A DNA stretch of 64,000 nt from positions 374,001 to 438,000 of the forward strand of contig NC_045697.1 in assembly GCF_009834535.1 (NCBI RefSeq). Direction: 5' to 3'. Made by a program: the position numbers and the translations under genes. Under the pieces are notes generated by a model that had not been told where the DNA came from, did no database searches, and worked only from the letters and a program-made list of their open reading frames with translations. Positions 39,001 to 51,800 of this stretch are shown here, one piece after another. This DNA is from Camelus ferus. Lineage: Eukaryota. Numbering within the stretch: the first letter of the stretch is position 1; each line of letters starts with the position of its first letter.

Positions 39001-42000
39001 GTCATTGTCCACGGAAGAGAGGGTCGGCCTCCCACCCAGGCCAGCACCCTTCAGTGACCCAAGGTGGGAGCCGGTCCAGGTCCCCCAACCTGGGGACACA
39101 GGAGCACTGGAGGTAGGACCTGCCTCCCACTCGGGCTTCTCCTGTGGAGACCACCCAGGGGGTGGCCCCTGATGGAGCCCTGGGCCTGCCGCTTCCAACA
39201 GCTTTTTCTGGCTGTGCTGCCGGGGGTCACTTGGGGTCATGCCCAGTGGGCTCAAGAACCCACCCCAGACGTGCCTCTGCTGGGCAGCAGCTGGTGGTGG
39301 GCTGGTGTGCCGTCCACCACGGGGCACTGCCCCCTGGGCCCAGGCCTCTCACACCCCCATCCTGGGCACCTCCGGGAGCTGGGGGAAGGGGCTCTGCTCC
39401 AGCCGGGGGCCCTCGGCACCCGCCTGCTTCTTGAGGTGCGGGCTGGTTCCTTTTGGGGGATCTTGACTCTGGCGTTTGTCTGGGGTGACAAGGCAGAGTG
39501 ATCGGTTCAGGCTTGGTGGGGTCGCAGCCAGGTCCGGGGGCTGAGCACACACATTGCCTCCCCCGCCCCCCCATCCGGGCCCAGTGCTACCCTGGCCTTG
39601 CTCCCGCCTCTTTCCTGGGCCACAGGGATTGTCTCCATCCCCCCAGAGGCTGGGCTGACTCTGGGAGGCTGAGCTGAGAGGCAGAAAGGCAGTTCTGAGG
39701 GACCCACCAGATGCCCCATGGCCCAGTCCTGGGGAGGGCGTGCGTGCCAGCCTGGCTGCACCGAGCACTCATTTACAGGGGGAGCTCAGGAAAGGCGAAC
39801 TCAGGTCCGGGCCAGATGTCCATTCTACATGGTGGCTGGACTGAGACACACACTTGATCCCAAGATGGGGTGGGGGAACTAATTAAGGGTCTGCAGCAGC
39901 CCAGGTAAGGGGCTGGGGGCGTGGAGAAGGCACCCGGGCAACCAGGCAGCTGCACGCCTCACCCCCGCTCCGACAGCCGAGCGGCATCTGGCCCTGGGCC
40001 GGCAGGTGGTGACAGCTGTCAACAGCTGGCCGGAGGGGCGGGCGCCAGCTTACCCTGAGTCACTGGTCGAGGGTGGGGAGAGGGTCTGGCTGGGACCAAG
40101 GCTGAGCCATCCTCCCTGCATCCCCAAAATGCCCTCCCTGGCCCTTGGAAGGACACTTGCAGCCTGGGAGAGCGGGACAGGCAGTCGAGGTCTTGGCCGC
40201 AGTGCCCGGGCTTTGGACTCCAGAAGTCTCCACCCGCCTCTGAGGGTCCCAGGGCCTGGGGGCTCTATGCAGGGAGGGGCAAGACCGGCAGCGGTGGGTC
40301 TCTGCTAGGAGGCGGAAGCCCTCCCACAGTAGTGTCCACCCTGATGGAAGGCAGTGCAGGGGGGCTGGGAGGGGGAGGCCCTGGTGAGAGTGGGTGCCCA
40401 CTGAGGACACTCTCCCCCGCAAGCTCAAGGTGAGGGGTGGGCAGCGGGTGCCACCCAGACTCCTGGCCTTCCTGTGCCCAGTGCCCCCTCAGTGGCCTTT
40501 TCAGGAAACCCTCCAGCAGGGGCAGCACTGGAGCTGCCCACTCTCTGCTGAGACCCTCCCCGCGGCCGTGCCCTGAGAACCTGGTTTGGGGTAGGTGTAT
40601 ATCACCGAGAGCTTGGGAGCCGCCTAGCTTCAGGCAAGACCTCGTGAGCCAGGGACAGTGAGCTCTCGGTGGCTGCAGACCGCTCCCCACCTGCCACCCG
40701 CCTTCCCTGTCTCACAGGGAGGGCACTGCCAGCCTCCCGGAGGACCCCCTGTGTGGCCCAGCATCTGGCAGAAAGTGTAGCGGTCAACTGCAGCGGCTTG
40801 GCCTGGCTCTGACCCTCTGATGTAGGGGCAGGAGGGTGGGGGTCCTGGGGGTCGCTGTCCTACCCCCTTTCTGGCCCTGGGCTGTAAGGATCCAGGACCT
40901 CAGCCCCAACCCTCACCGGGCCTTACGCAGCCTGGGCAGCGCCCCAGGCAGCACCTCCCACCACGAGCGCACAAGCTGAGCCTCCTGGGGCTGGTGGCTT
41001 CTCTGTATCACGAGACCTCAGGGAGCTACCCAGCCACCCCGGCCCTCGCCACCCCCATCTGCGGCATGGAGGAGAGGCACCTGGCTCAGGGGCTGGTGGG
41101 AGCCCTGGGTGGCCGCGTGGATAGGAGGCAACTCTGGCCTGGCCTCAGAATGCACAGAGCGGCCCAGGGGGCGGCCCAGGCCCCAGCAAGGGGTGGGGCA
41201 GGCTTGGGGCGGCACCAGGCTCCGCAGAGGCAAATTCCTTGGTCCTTCACAACTTTTTCCTCTATTTTCTTTCCACTTTCTTCCAAAAGCCATCCTCTAC
41301 TGCTCGTTCCTGGAGTCCCTCCAAGACCATCGGCACCGGCTCCACTCTCGGCCACAAAGCTCCTTTGACAGCGGCAGCCAGAGCTAAACCAACAGTGTGA
41401 GTGGGGGAGGGAGAGGGAGGAAGGGGGCACGCCCCAGGGCAGAGGCCTCTGGGCATCCTGAGGGGGCATGGCAGGGTGACACTGAGTCGCACTGGGACCC
41501 CAGCCCTGGGCTCAGCTCCCTCTCTGGCTGAGGACAGTGCCCCCACTCTGCCGTCCCTGCATCTCTGGGCTCCTGTGGTTGAGGTGCAGACGTCGTCAGG
41601 GACTGCTTTGAGCCGCCCACCAGCCCCATGGTTCCGGGGGACCACTTGGAGCACATCCCTGCTCTGTCAGAGTGTCCTGAGGGTAGGTGCCAGCCAGGCA
41701 GGACTAGGCTGCCTGCTGGGAGGGCTGCAGCCACAGGACCCTGGGCCCGACTGGAAAATGGGATGGCATTTGCCTTGGACTGTCTGTCCCATGCCAGTGT
41801 CCCCGTCTGTGGGCTCTGGAGGGCTGGGGCTCTGGGCCCACACCTGCACACACTGGTATTCAATAAATGCTTGGTGGGAGGGGCTGCTGGAGGCAGAATT
41901 CAGGCTGCCATTCCTCTGCCTCTTCCCTGCCCTCTTGGAAACCAAGAGGCCTGGCCCCTTGTGCCCCCTGAAGCCAGCACTGAGCATTGGGCATCCCCAG

Positions 42001-45000
42001 GTGCCTGATGACAGGGAGGCCTGGCAAAGGACAGACAGTGGGAGGTGTTTGCTCTGGACCAGCAGGGTGGACAGCCTGATGGTGGGCGTCCCAGGACATG
42101 GGGGGCCTGGGTTGGGCAGGAGCTGGGGCTGGTGGCAGGAGGTGTCTGCACAGAAGGTGCAGGGCCAGCACGGCTGAGGCCCCCCCACCCCCAGCTTCTG
42201 CCGCTGGACTTGCAGAGCTGGAAGGGAGGGCGGAGGGCCGGCTTGGCCTGGAACGGGCTCCCAGGCTCCCGGCCTATGGCTGGGGCCCTCTGCCGTCTGC
42301 TCACTGAGCCCTCGCAGGTTGGCTGGAGGAGCCTTTCTTGGCTACAAACACAAACGTCGCCCCGGGGGCCCGGCAGGGGCAGCAGGGGCCGTGGAGCAGG
42401 CCCAGAACGAGGCACAATCCACCCTTTGTTCCCGCGCCGCCTGGAGCCTGCGGGCCAAGAGGAAATGAGGGGGGGGGCGCCAGCCAGCAGCCCTGGCCGC
42501 CAGGGCCCCCGCGGACGCCAGGCCCGGCCTGGCCGAGGAAACAGAGGGGTTCGCTCCCGGGAGGGGCCCAGTGGTCACAGCTGGGCGTCCAGGAGGGGTA
42601 GCGGGTCCCAGGAACATGGGCCTGGAAACCTATGCCCCGTCACCTACCCTGCATGCTCCTCCGGAAGCCCTCAGCCACGGCCTTGCCCCCGCACCCTCGT
42701 TTGGTGACCTCAGCCTGAGCACAGGTCTTGGGCAGCCCTGGGCAGCCCTGGGCATCCCCTACTCCAGGCTGAGAATGGCCCCTGTCTGTGGTCGCTCACC
42801 CCACACTCCTTTCTCCCCTCCTCTTCTGGCCCCAGACAAGCACTGAGGGTGGATGGTGGGGGCAAGGTCTGGCTAGCTGGGGGGCTGGCCCATACCCTAC
42901 CTTGCTCCTCGACACTCCCCAGAGCCCTCAAGGGGTCTGTGGTCCATCCTTGGAGCAGCCAAGCTTGTCCCTTCACCCCAGGGCTGGAGAGTGGGTGGTT
43001 TAGCAGAACCCACCTGGGAGCACTGTCCTCTCTGCCAGTCCCATCCAAGGCAGCCAGGGGCTGCGGATGGGGGTGCGCGGTGCACATGAGTGAGTGTGAA
43101 CACCTGAGTGTGCATGCACATGGGTTTACGCGTGTGCACATGGACATGTGTGAGTGTGCATGAGGGTGTGGAGGGCTTGAGACCCCTTCTTCCATCCCCC
43201 CCACCACACCTTCCTTCACTCCATGCGACCTTCCCAGAGGGGCCTGGGGCAGGACCCGTGAGGCCAGAGGGCTCTCCCCTGGGGCTCAGCAGGCTGGGAG
43301 GGGCCGGGCTGCCTGGTGTCTCCCTCCTGGATGCGTTTCAGGCCTGCATGAGCCTGTGCTGGGGCTGAGAGGTGAACTCTGCAGCTCCTTCGTCACTCTG
43401 AGATCTGCGTCTCCCCTGGGAAGGGCTGACTCTGCCCTGTGGGGCGCCTGGCGGGGATGCCACCAGGCCAGACACACAGCAGGTTTCCTCCTGGGGACTG
43501 GATCCTGGCCTGGAAGTCCCACCGGGGATCCAGCAGCTCACTGGATCACCTGACAGGAGCACCTGGGGGTGACTTCCACTGGGGCCTTGGTGCCTACCAT
43601 CCGCTCAGGTCTGGTGCTGGACCCTCTGGGATGGCCTGAGGCCTAAAGCTCACCCAGGGTGGGAAGACCCTGGAGGGCAGGGGGCTGTCGCCGTATCCCT
43701 GAGGCCCAGTCTCGGCCACCTAGCAGGAAGGGATCTGCCGTGGGCCAGCAGTGCTGGTGAACCAGAGTGCCCTCAGGGCAAGGAGAGGGACTCTGAGGCC
43801 TGGAACCTGCGAGGGGCCAGGGCTCCCCCACCTGGGGACGCGTGTGCACACAGGCGTGCGTGTGTGGATTGGCTGTACCAGCAGTCACTCACCAGGGGCT
43901 GCACAGACCCACAGACAAAACAGGAGGTGGGGCTCCTTCCTGGGCGTGGGTGGAGGGGCTCTGGCATTTGCGCCCTGCTTGCCCAGGCCTAGCCTCCAGC
44001 CTTCCTGGCAGCTGCTGGCCCTGCAGCCCGTGGCCGTGGGGCTGTTTGCATGGAACTCTGAGGCTCCAACACCGCGGCCCACTCTCCCCCACACCCAGGA
44101 AGGGGCTCCACCTCTGGTGTCGCCATGCCCCCAGTCCCCCCAGCCTTGCCCTGGCTCCCTCAACTGTTGGTCTGCTGGACTCCCTACTGGCTTCCTGCTG
44201 GCCACTAAGAGCTCTCCTGGATGGGCTGGGGCCCGAGGTATCCTGCAGGAGGCTGGTAGCAAACACCTGGACAGTCTCTCAGCCCTGCTGGCCCCAGGGC
44301 AGGGGTCCCAGCCCGCCCCACCCACTCTGGCCCGAGGTCAAGAGGAGGCTGGGCTCTGTGAGGGCAGCTGGGCCTGAGGTCCCTGGCCCCTGGCAGGGCT
44401 GACCTCCTGAAGCCCTCAGGCCCCAGTGAGGCCCCAGCCCACCCTCTGCCCAGCACCCAGTGCCCCTCCGGGAGGCTGTCAGAGCCAAGGGAGTGAGACA
44501 CGGGGGTGCTGTCCCATGGCTGTCCCTCCAGTCCGACAGCACCTCCCACAGTGACGGCCCCTCCTGCAGCCCAGGCTGCACACTCAGGACCAAGCGGCGT
44601 GGGAGCCGCCACCCACCCTGGCTGTTCCCAGGAGCCCCTGCTCTCCCGGACTCCCGGCAGGGGACCGAGGGCAGGCTTCCCTCGGGCAGGGGGGGGACAA
44701 ATCATGAAGAAGGATGAATGTTCACACTACAGGATGGAACGTGTTGCCGAGGGGATGGCGGGGGATGGCGGGCGGGCAGCAGGGTCAGGTGTGCTGGAGG
44801 GAGCCCCAGACCCTCCCTCATGGGAGGTGGTGGTACAGGCACTTGCCTTGTCCCTCTGGGCCTGGAGGGACCCTCAGCTTAGGAGGGGAGCCTGAGGGGA
44901 GCCCCTGTGCCTGCCTCCAGGGTGGCCCTTCCCTGCCAGGGGCAGAGGGCGGTTTGCTGTCCACAGGGGAAGAGGCCGCTGTGGAGGGGACCTGCCTCTG

Positions 45001-45801
45001 CCTGGCCAGCTCCTCAGCACCAGGGACCCAAGGGACCAGCAGGTGTGCGCAGGTGTGTCCAGCCCAAGGGGCCCGTCCTCTAGGACACATCTGCGTCAGA
45101 GGCCTAAAGCTCGGCGTCTAGGGCAGGTGGGAGACATGCCCCCTGTGGTGTGGGGGAAGGAGGCTGGGCCCCCCCCTGTTTCCTATCGTGAGCATGGGTG
45201 AAGCCAGCCACCACGGCACCATCACAGGAAACTTCCCTGAGTCTGCCAGTGCCAGCCACCGGGGTGCTGGGAGGCCCCACCCCACAAACAGCTAAAATGC
45301 ACTGCTGGACGCTGCCTCCTGGGGCCTGGGAGCTGTGAAGCCAATGACACCGCCCCCGTTTTTGTTGCTTAAGCCGACACAGGGGGAGGTGGCTGCTCTT
45401 CTGAGGACAAGAAGTGGGTGCAGATGGGCCCAGCCTGAGTGACCCGGGAAGGGTGAGCCAGAACTGAGGCCCGCTGGCCCAGGGAGTCGTGTCCTTGAGG
45501 GCGCTGGGCTGCCAGGAGCCAAGTGCCTGCGGGCAGCCGCTCACACCCCTGGCGCCTGGCTGGGTGCAGGTGCACTTGGGGTCTGAGGGAAGCAGAAGAA
45601 GCGGGGCAAGAGGAGGGAGCATAGCTCCCTCAGCCATAGGGCCCTCAGGGCCTCCTCCGGGCTCTCCAGCTCCCTCCTGCACACGGGCCAGCAGCCCTGC
45701 CGTCCCCCGTCAGTCACCGCAGGGTTGACGGGGGAGGGCAGGCGCCAGGCGGACCACCCCCGGGGGTGCAGGAGCTGGGTCTGTGTGACCCTAGCAGAGT
45801 G

Positions 45802-45821
45802 GAGCGAGCGAGCGAGCGAGC
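45802..45821. repeat. (GAGC)5 tetranucleotide repeat
   Basis: gagcgagcgagcgagcgagc followed by gcaagcggccgc. Confidence 0.9.
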
Positions 45822-48800
45822 GCAAGCGGCCGCTGGTCTCACGTGCCGAAGGGGTGAGTGGGAACGGTTCTGGGCTCATGTTACAGTTTCCACTGGAAAA
45901 ACAGCCTCGTTTTGAAAAATGGCTCTGAGCTTTTAAAAAATTACAAATATATCCAGTTTCCTGAGGCCAAGGGAGGCCCGGTAGAGGGCCAGGCGGGCAG
46001 GGCTGATCTGCAGTTCTGCCGGGACACCTCCATCGGCAGGGCCCAGGGACACTGGAGCCGCAGGCCCAGGTCCAGGGACGTGGGCAACCAAGGCCGGTGT
46101 GGCCCGGAGTTGGAGAGAGCTGTCACAGAGGGGTTCTCTATCCCAAGTGGTCATCCACCAGCTTCAGGCCTCGAGTTAGGGGGTGCTGCTCTCAGTCCAA
46201 GTGTGCCTGGACGAGCCAGCCAGGACAAGGCCTCTCCAGTAGGACGGGAGGAACTGGCTGCAAATCCGGCATCTGGGGTCTCCAGGTGCAGGGTGGTGGG
46301 GTTGCTCTGGGAGCTGTCCTGTCCCCTGGTGCTGCGGTTGTGTGTGCAGGGGCTGGGCTTGTTGTGCACATGTGAATGTGTGTGCATCTGTGCACGTATG
46401 AGCATGTATTCAGGGTAAGTCTGGGCGTGTCCCTAGCCTCCCCTACACTCAGGGGTCAGGGCAGGGGTCAGGGCAGGGCTCAGGCCCCCAGTGCGCCTGG
46501 CACAACAGGGAAATCAGGTTTCTAGGGAGGAGGCAGAGGTCTTGGGTTTCCTCCATCTGCTGCCCTGGTACCTGTGGCTCTCCAAGCCAGGTGCCCCCTG
46601 CCAGGGGTGAGGGCTGTGCCCACCAGCCCAGCGCAGGTCCCGCTCCATCTGGCCTGTTTCCTCTGGAACGCAGGAACATTCTTGGTACAGCAGATGGCAG
46701 AAGTGCCCACTGGGTAAACTGGGACCCCTGCGTCAACAGGCTGCATCCCTAGGCTCACGGAAGGCTCTCTCTGATGCCAAGAACAACTGGAAATGCTTCC
46801 AAGGACTGGATTCAAGCTCTTTGCACTGGGAAGTGGGGCTGCCCTGTGTCGGGTAGAAGGCTGGCGGCTCTGGCCTGCACACCTGACGGCTGCCTGTGTG
46901 ACGAGCCCGCCCAGCCGGGCCGGTGTGGACAGGAAGCCGGCCTGGGTGGAAGGTCTTGGCCTCCAGTGGCAGGTCCTCTGAGCTCGGGCTGGAGGTGGTT
47001 CCAGGAGGCCAGGCGCTGGCCCGCTGCACAGCCGGCCGAGGCCCACCTTGCTTTTGGATCTGGCCTTGCTGCATGCCCCCCGTGGAGGCTGTGATCCTGT
47101 GGGGGATTCCAGACGCCATGGTAACCCCAGCTCCTCCCCAAGGTGGGGGACCAGCAGACGGGCCTCAGGGGGGCCCCAGCACCGCGTCACGCACCAGGAA
47201 GCTACTTCTGTGTGTCCTCCAAGGGGAACAGAATGCCCTCCTGGTTTGTGCTCAGAAGGACCCACAGCTCACAAGACGTGCCTCCCTCAGAGCTGCCAAC
47301 TCCAGGCTCCACAGAAAAGAAAACACACTCTGCGGCAAGGATGCCCGCCCCACCCCCGTGGGGCCGCGCTCCCCGCTCGCCAACCCGGGGCCCTGGCTCA
47401 GGAAAGTCCTGAGACCGAAGGTTTTCCTGCCAAATTTCAGTCTAAGATGTAAAAACGCAAAGACCCGCAGCAGTGTAAGTGAGAATGAGGTGCCCAGAGG
47501 CATCGGCGTGGGAGGAAGTTCTGAAAGGGTGCTGCAACCACCAGCCTGGGGGACGCACCGGGGGCCCCGCCCAGGGGTCCTGCTCACCCCACCAGGCTCA
47601 CTCCCTGCGGCCTGAGGCCGGAGACAGGACCCAGGACCGGGTCACCTGGGGCCAGAAGCAGCAGCTGCCGCGGAAGACCACAGCCCCCAGGACGGGGTAC
47701 GCATGACCCCCAGCTGGGGCGGGGCAGCAGGTCCCCCTCCCACCCTCCCCACAATGTTCCCGCCGACACACATGCAGGCGTCCACGCCCTCATCTCGTCA
47801 CCCGCATCCCTCCATCTGCCCGCGCAGGGGTCCAGGCACCTTGTGGGGTCTGACAGCGTCACAGGGCCCAGGAGCAGGAAGGGGCTTGCCAGAGAGGGTC
47901 CCAAAGGTGCCGGAGTCAGCCAGGGCAGGACAGAGCCACCACGCTGGCCCCTTCACAGGTGGTGCCTATGGCTGAAGCCTGTCCGAGGGCTGCGCCGGAG
48001 GCCCCCGCTGCTTCTGGACGTGAGAGCAAGGGACGCCTCACTCCCGCACTCTCCGTCCTCCCAGGTCAGCCCCCACTGCAGGGGCTTGAGTCACCCCAGT
48101 GACACTAGCCTGGTGGCCACACGCCGACTCACGCTCACCCGGTCGCCGGCCCGGTGTCCCGGGGGAGCGGCGTGGGGGCGAGGAGGCCGGGCGGGAGGGG
48201 CAGCGCTGGTGCCTGGGTCTGGTCAGCTCGGTATGGCGTCCCTTTGCGCTCCTGCCAGGTTTGAGGGCCGAGCTGGACCAAGCCTGGCCTCTCTCACCCA
48301 GTGTTCTGTGCCCTCGAGTGCCCTGAGCCCCAACTCCCTGAGTGTCGCCCCTGCCCGTGGCCCCACGCTCTGTGGGATCAAGGCCGTGTGTCCATGTTTC
48401 CGTGACTAGAGGAAACATGTTTCCTGAAAATGGCTTTGTGAGGCTCTAGAGGCCGTGACCCGTTACGGAATTCTTCCCACACCCCCGTGCTTCTGCAGCT
48501 GCGAAATTTCCCTTCCTCTGATGCTCTGAGGGTCCGGGCACCCACTCCTCCTGTGAGGGGCATGTGAGGCACCCCCCGCCCACCAGCACCCAGCCTCTGA
48601 GGACACACCAGGCCTCACTGCGTGGCAGGGTGCTCCTGGCCTGGGCATGCCAGTGCTGGACGCAGCTCTGGGCAGTCCTAGGGGCCAGGCCTGTGCCTGG
48701 CCCACATGTCAGCTGGGAGGGGGCAATCTGGGGAGACACCCTGGAGTCTCAGTGGGGTACCTGAGCCCCAAGCCTGCTGCTGACCCTTCCAGGGCTGGGG

Positions 48801-51800
48801 TGCCCTGTCTCTGGGGCACAGAACCATAGCAGGTCAGCTCCACCATCAGGTGGGGCAGGTCCCGGGCTCCGGGTCTGCACAGCCTCCATGGAGCCCGGAC
48901 GGGCCTCGCTGTCTGCTGCTCAGGACAGTGCCCGAGCTGCCCAGTGTAGCCTGAGTCCTGCACTGCGAGCGCTGTTGTGGCCACCCGGCGTGTTCCTGTC
49001 TGACAAATAATGCTGTCAGGGAGCGTGTTCGGGGTTCCTCAGGTCTGGCAGGCTCTTCTGAAGTAATTTTCCAAATGAAGATTATGGTGATTAAAATACA
49101 CTTGGAAAGACGAGGAGAGATTACCCACCCCATCCCACATGCAGCCTCACAGGGACTCCTGCTGCCTCGGGAATCTGCCAGCCCTCGTCCTGTGGCTTCA
49201 CCCACCCTGCGCTGACCCTGAGCACGCCGGACTTGCAGCCACTCTCCCTGTTGGGCTCCTGGGAGGCAGCTGTGTGTGCCTGTCCTGAGCCTCAGGCCCC
49301 ACCCAGTGCCGAGGTCCTGGGCTGTGGGCACGGCCAGCCCTGTGTTCCATGATTCCAGCAGGCAGAGCAGTGACCACTAGCAACACGTGGCCCGCCTCCC
49401 CTGGGAACAGCATCACGCTAACTCCCATTGCTGTAGTCAGTGCTCACTCGCTGGGGCAGCTCCTGTGGGACCCCCGGTGCTGAGAGAAAACGTCCCCACT
49501 CCCAGAAGAGGTGGGAACTGCCTGTTGTCCAGCCCCTGGGCCCATGGGAGCTGCTGGCCGGCCAGTGACCAAGGGCAGGGATGTCACTGGGATCCTGGGG
49601 CTGTCCTTCAGCAGCAGCGTGTCCCATGTGAGATCAAATTTCTGACATGTTCTCAGACATGAGCTGGGAGCCGGTAGCACAGCAGGCCACCAGACAGGAG
49701 AAGTCCTGAGTTGCTCACCACTGTGTCCAGAGAAAAAAACTGAGAATTAAATGAGGCTGGGAAAGGAAACCCTTAGAGAGAATGTCCTGGAAGGGGCCAA
49801 GGGCCGATGTGTCATTTGCACATGTCCAGCAGGTTCACGTGTATCCTGAGTGGCTGGGGGACGTGGTCCCCGCCGGTCGCTGCTGCAGCAGACCTCAGAG
49901 CTGGCTCAGGGCATGCGCTCCACTGTCACCCTTGGGGGGACCCCTGCCCCACAACCACGGGCTGGCTGGCTGCCTCCTTGGCCCCACTGCCCACGTCCTC
50001 CCGCCCTGGGCATGCCTCCTGTGATGGGGGTGCCATGGAGGTGGGGACCTGGGACCCCAGGCGGCTGAGAAGCTGAGGGCTCCTAAAGTTTCTCCAAACC
50101 AGGCTGGGCACAGCCTGCCAGCCGGGTGGGCTCTGGGGCAGCAGGGACCCCACCCTGCTCCCTCGTCCAAGCTGAGCTCAGGTAACACCCCACCTCGTGG
50201 GCCAAGCTGACCTCAGGACACTCAGACTTTTCACTTTGCATTGTCAGGGAGGGAGGGATGGGCAGGGTCCCTGTCCCCTGAGTCAGCGGACAGGGTGGAG
50301 GCTGTAGTTCCCTCCCTGAGCTGCTGGTGACCCCTCCCTGGAGAGATGCGTGAAGGGGGTGAGCCGGGCGCTTAGAAACTTCTGTCGCAGTCAGTCAGGG
50401 AATTGTGCTTCTGTTGGATCTTGTAAGAAAGAAACAAGCTGTGTTTCATATCTTCTAGAATTTCATTTTCTAGTCATTCTTTCCTTTACTGCATTTATAC
50501 CTGTGACCGGTTGGAAGTTTTAGTGCCAAGCCCTTCAGCGTGGGAAGCGTGGGGCCCCCACCAGCAGGTCCTGAGCCTCGTCCCGGCCCGGTCGGTGGAC
50601 TTGAGCACAGACAGAGACACAGGGCTGTGAGTGTCTGCACTGGGTATCAGGACGCCCACCAGAGAGCATTTTACTGCACCCTAGTCGTGTCCCCCAAAAC
50701 TGAGGAGGCAAAGGGAGTGGTGCTGACGGGTGGAGGTGTGTCCACTGCCAGTCCACACGTGCACGCGGGAGGTGCCACAGCTCCTGTGCTGACCCTCGAT
50801 GCCCTGGGAACACATGTATGTGGTTCTCCGTCCGGAGCGCCTCCCTTAGCCACAAGGAACCACCGCACTTGAAAAGTGTGCATGGCAGACACATGAGGGC
50901 ACGTGCACCGTGAGCCGCAGCCCACGGGGTGGAGCAGGCGGGCACTCCAGCGACGGGCGAGTCTGGGACTGTGTGGCGTGTTCTTGGCATCAGTCATACT
51001 TTGTGACTTTCCTGCAAGTGTGGGGTTCTTTCCAAACTGCAAGTTGAGATGAAGGACTGAACAGTGGAGCCCAAGCAGAGGTGGGGGCGGACGGCCCAGA
51101 GCCCAGGTGGGCGTGCCAGTGCGTCCCCGTCGCGGGGGAGCGCGCGGTTTCCAAGCCGCAGAGCTGGCAGCTGTGCCTGGGAGCTCGTTGGCTGTGGTGG
51201 CCGCCCCTGCCCCGGGGCCTCTCCGGGCTTTGGACCCTGACTCACAGCTGGCAGGAGGGATTTGGAGCTTGAGGCCTGGTGGGACGCCCGCCGAGGGCAG
51301 CGCCAAGCGGCTCCGGCACGAGGACTGCGGACTCTTCCTTTACAGGCAGACCCCTGGGACCTGGGGGTCCTGAGGAGGTGCGCCCCACCCTCCTCCTGTC
51401 ACATGCACCCTGGCTCTGTGGCTCCCTGGGCTTGAACCAGGGACCTGGATTTACCACCGAAGAATTCTAGGAATTTCCTCTTAGTCTGGAAAGAAGACTC
51501 GTTCAAAACCTCCTTCACAGCCCACTGCGGGGCGTGAAAGGATCTTTATGCTCCTGGGGCCACCACGTGAACAGGCCTGCGGAAGGGCCCACTCCACTGG
51601 GGTCGGTCGGTTCCAGGCAGGGGAAGCCTGGTGGGGGGCCACTCCCCCAGGACGGCCCAGCACCAGGCAGCAGTGGGGGCTGCAGAGCCCAGACCTGGCT
51701 CCTTCGGGCCAGCACCTCTCCTGAGCTCAGAGCCTCCTCTGTCTTCTGTCTGTCCTGCAGGCTTTCTGGATTATTCTATAAAACTCCTCATGGGGCTGGC

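Noticed and set aside
41850..41876. AATAAA at 41862 as an FGFRL1 poly(A) site
   Set aside because: Context tcaataaatgcttgg resembles an L2 3' terminus and it is ~7.8 kb from the stop codon.
46450..46485. Repeated GGGTCA nuclear-receptor half-sites
   Set aside because: 6-nt spacing is non-standard and is explained by a simple 12-bp tandem duplication.
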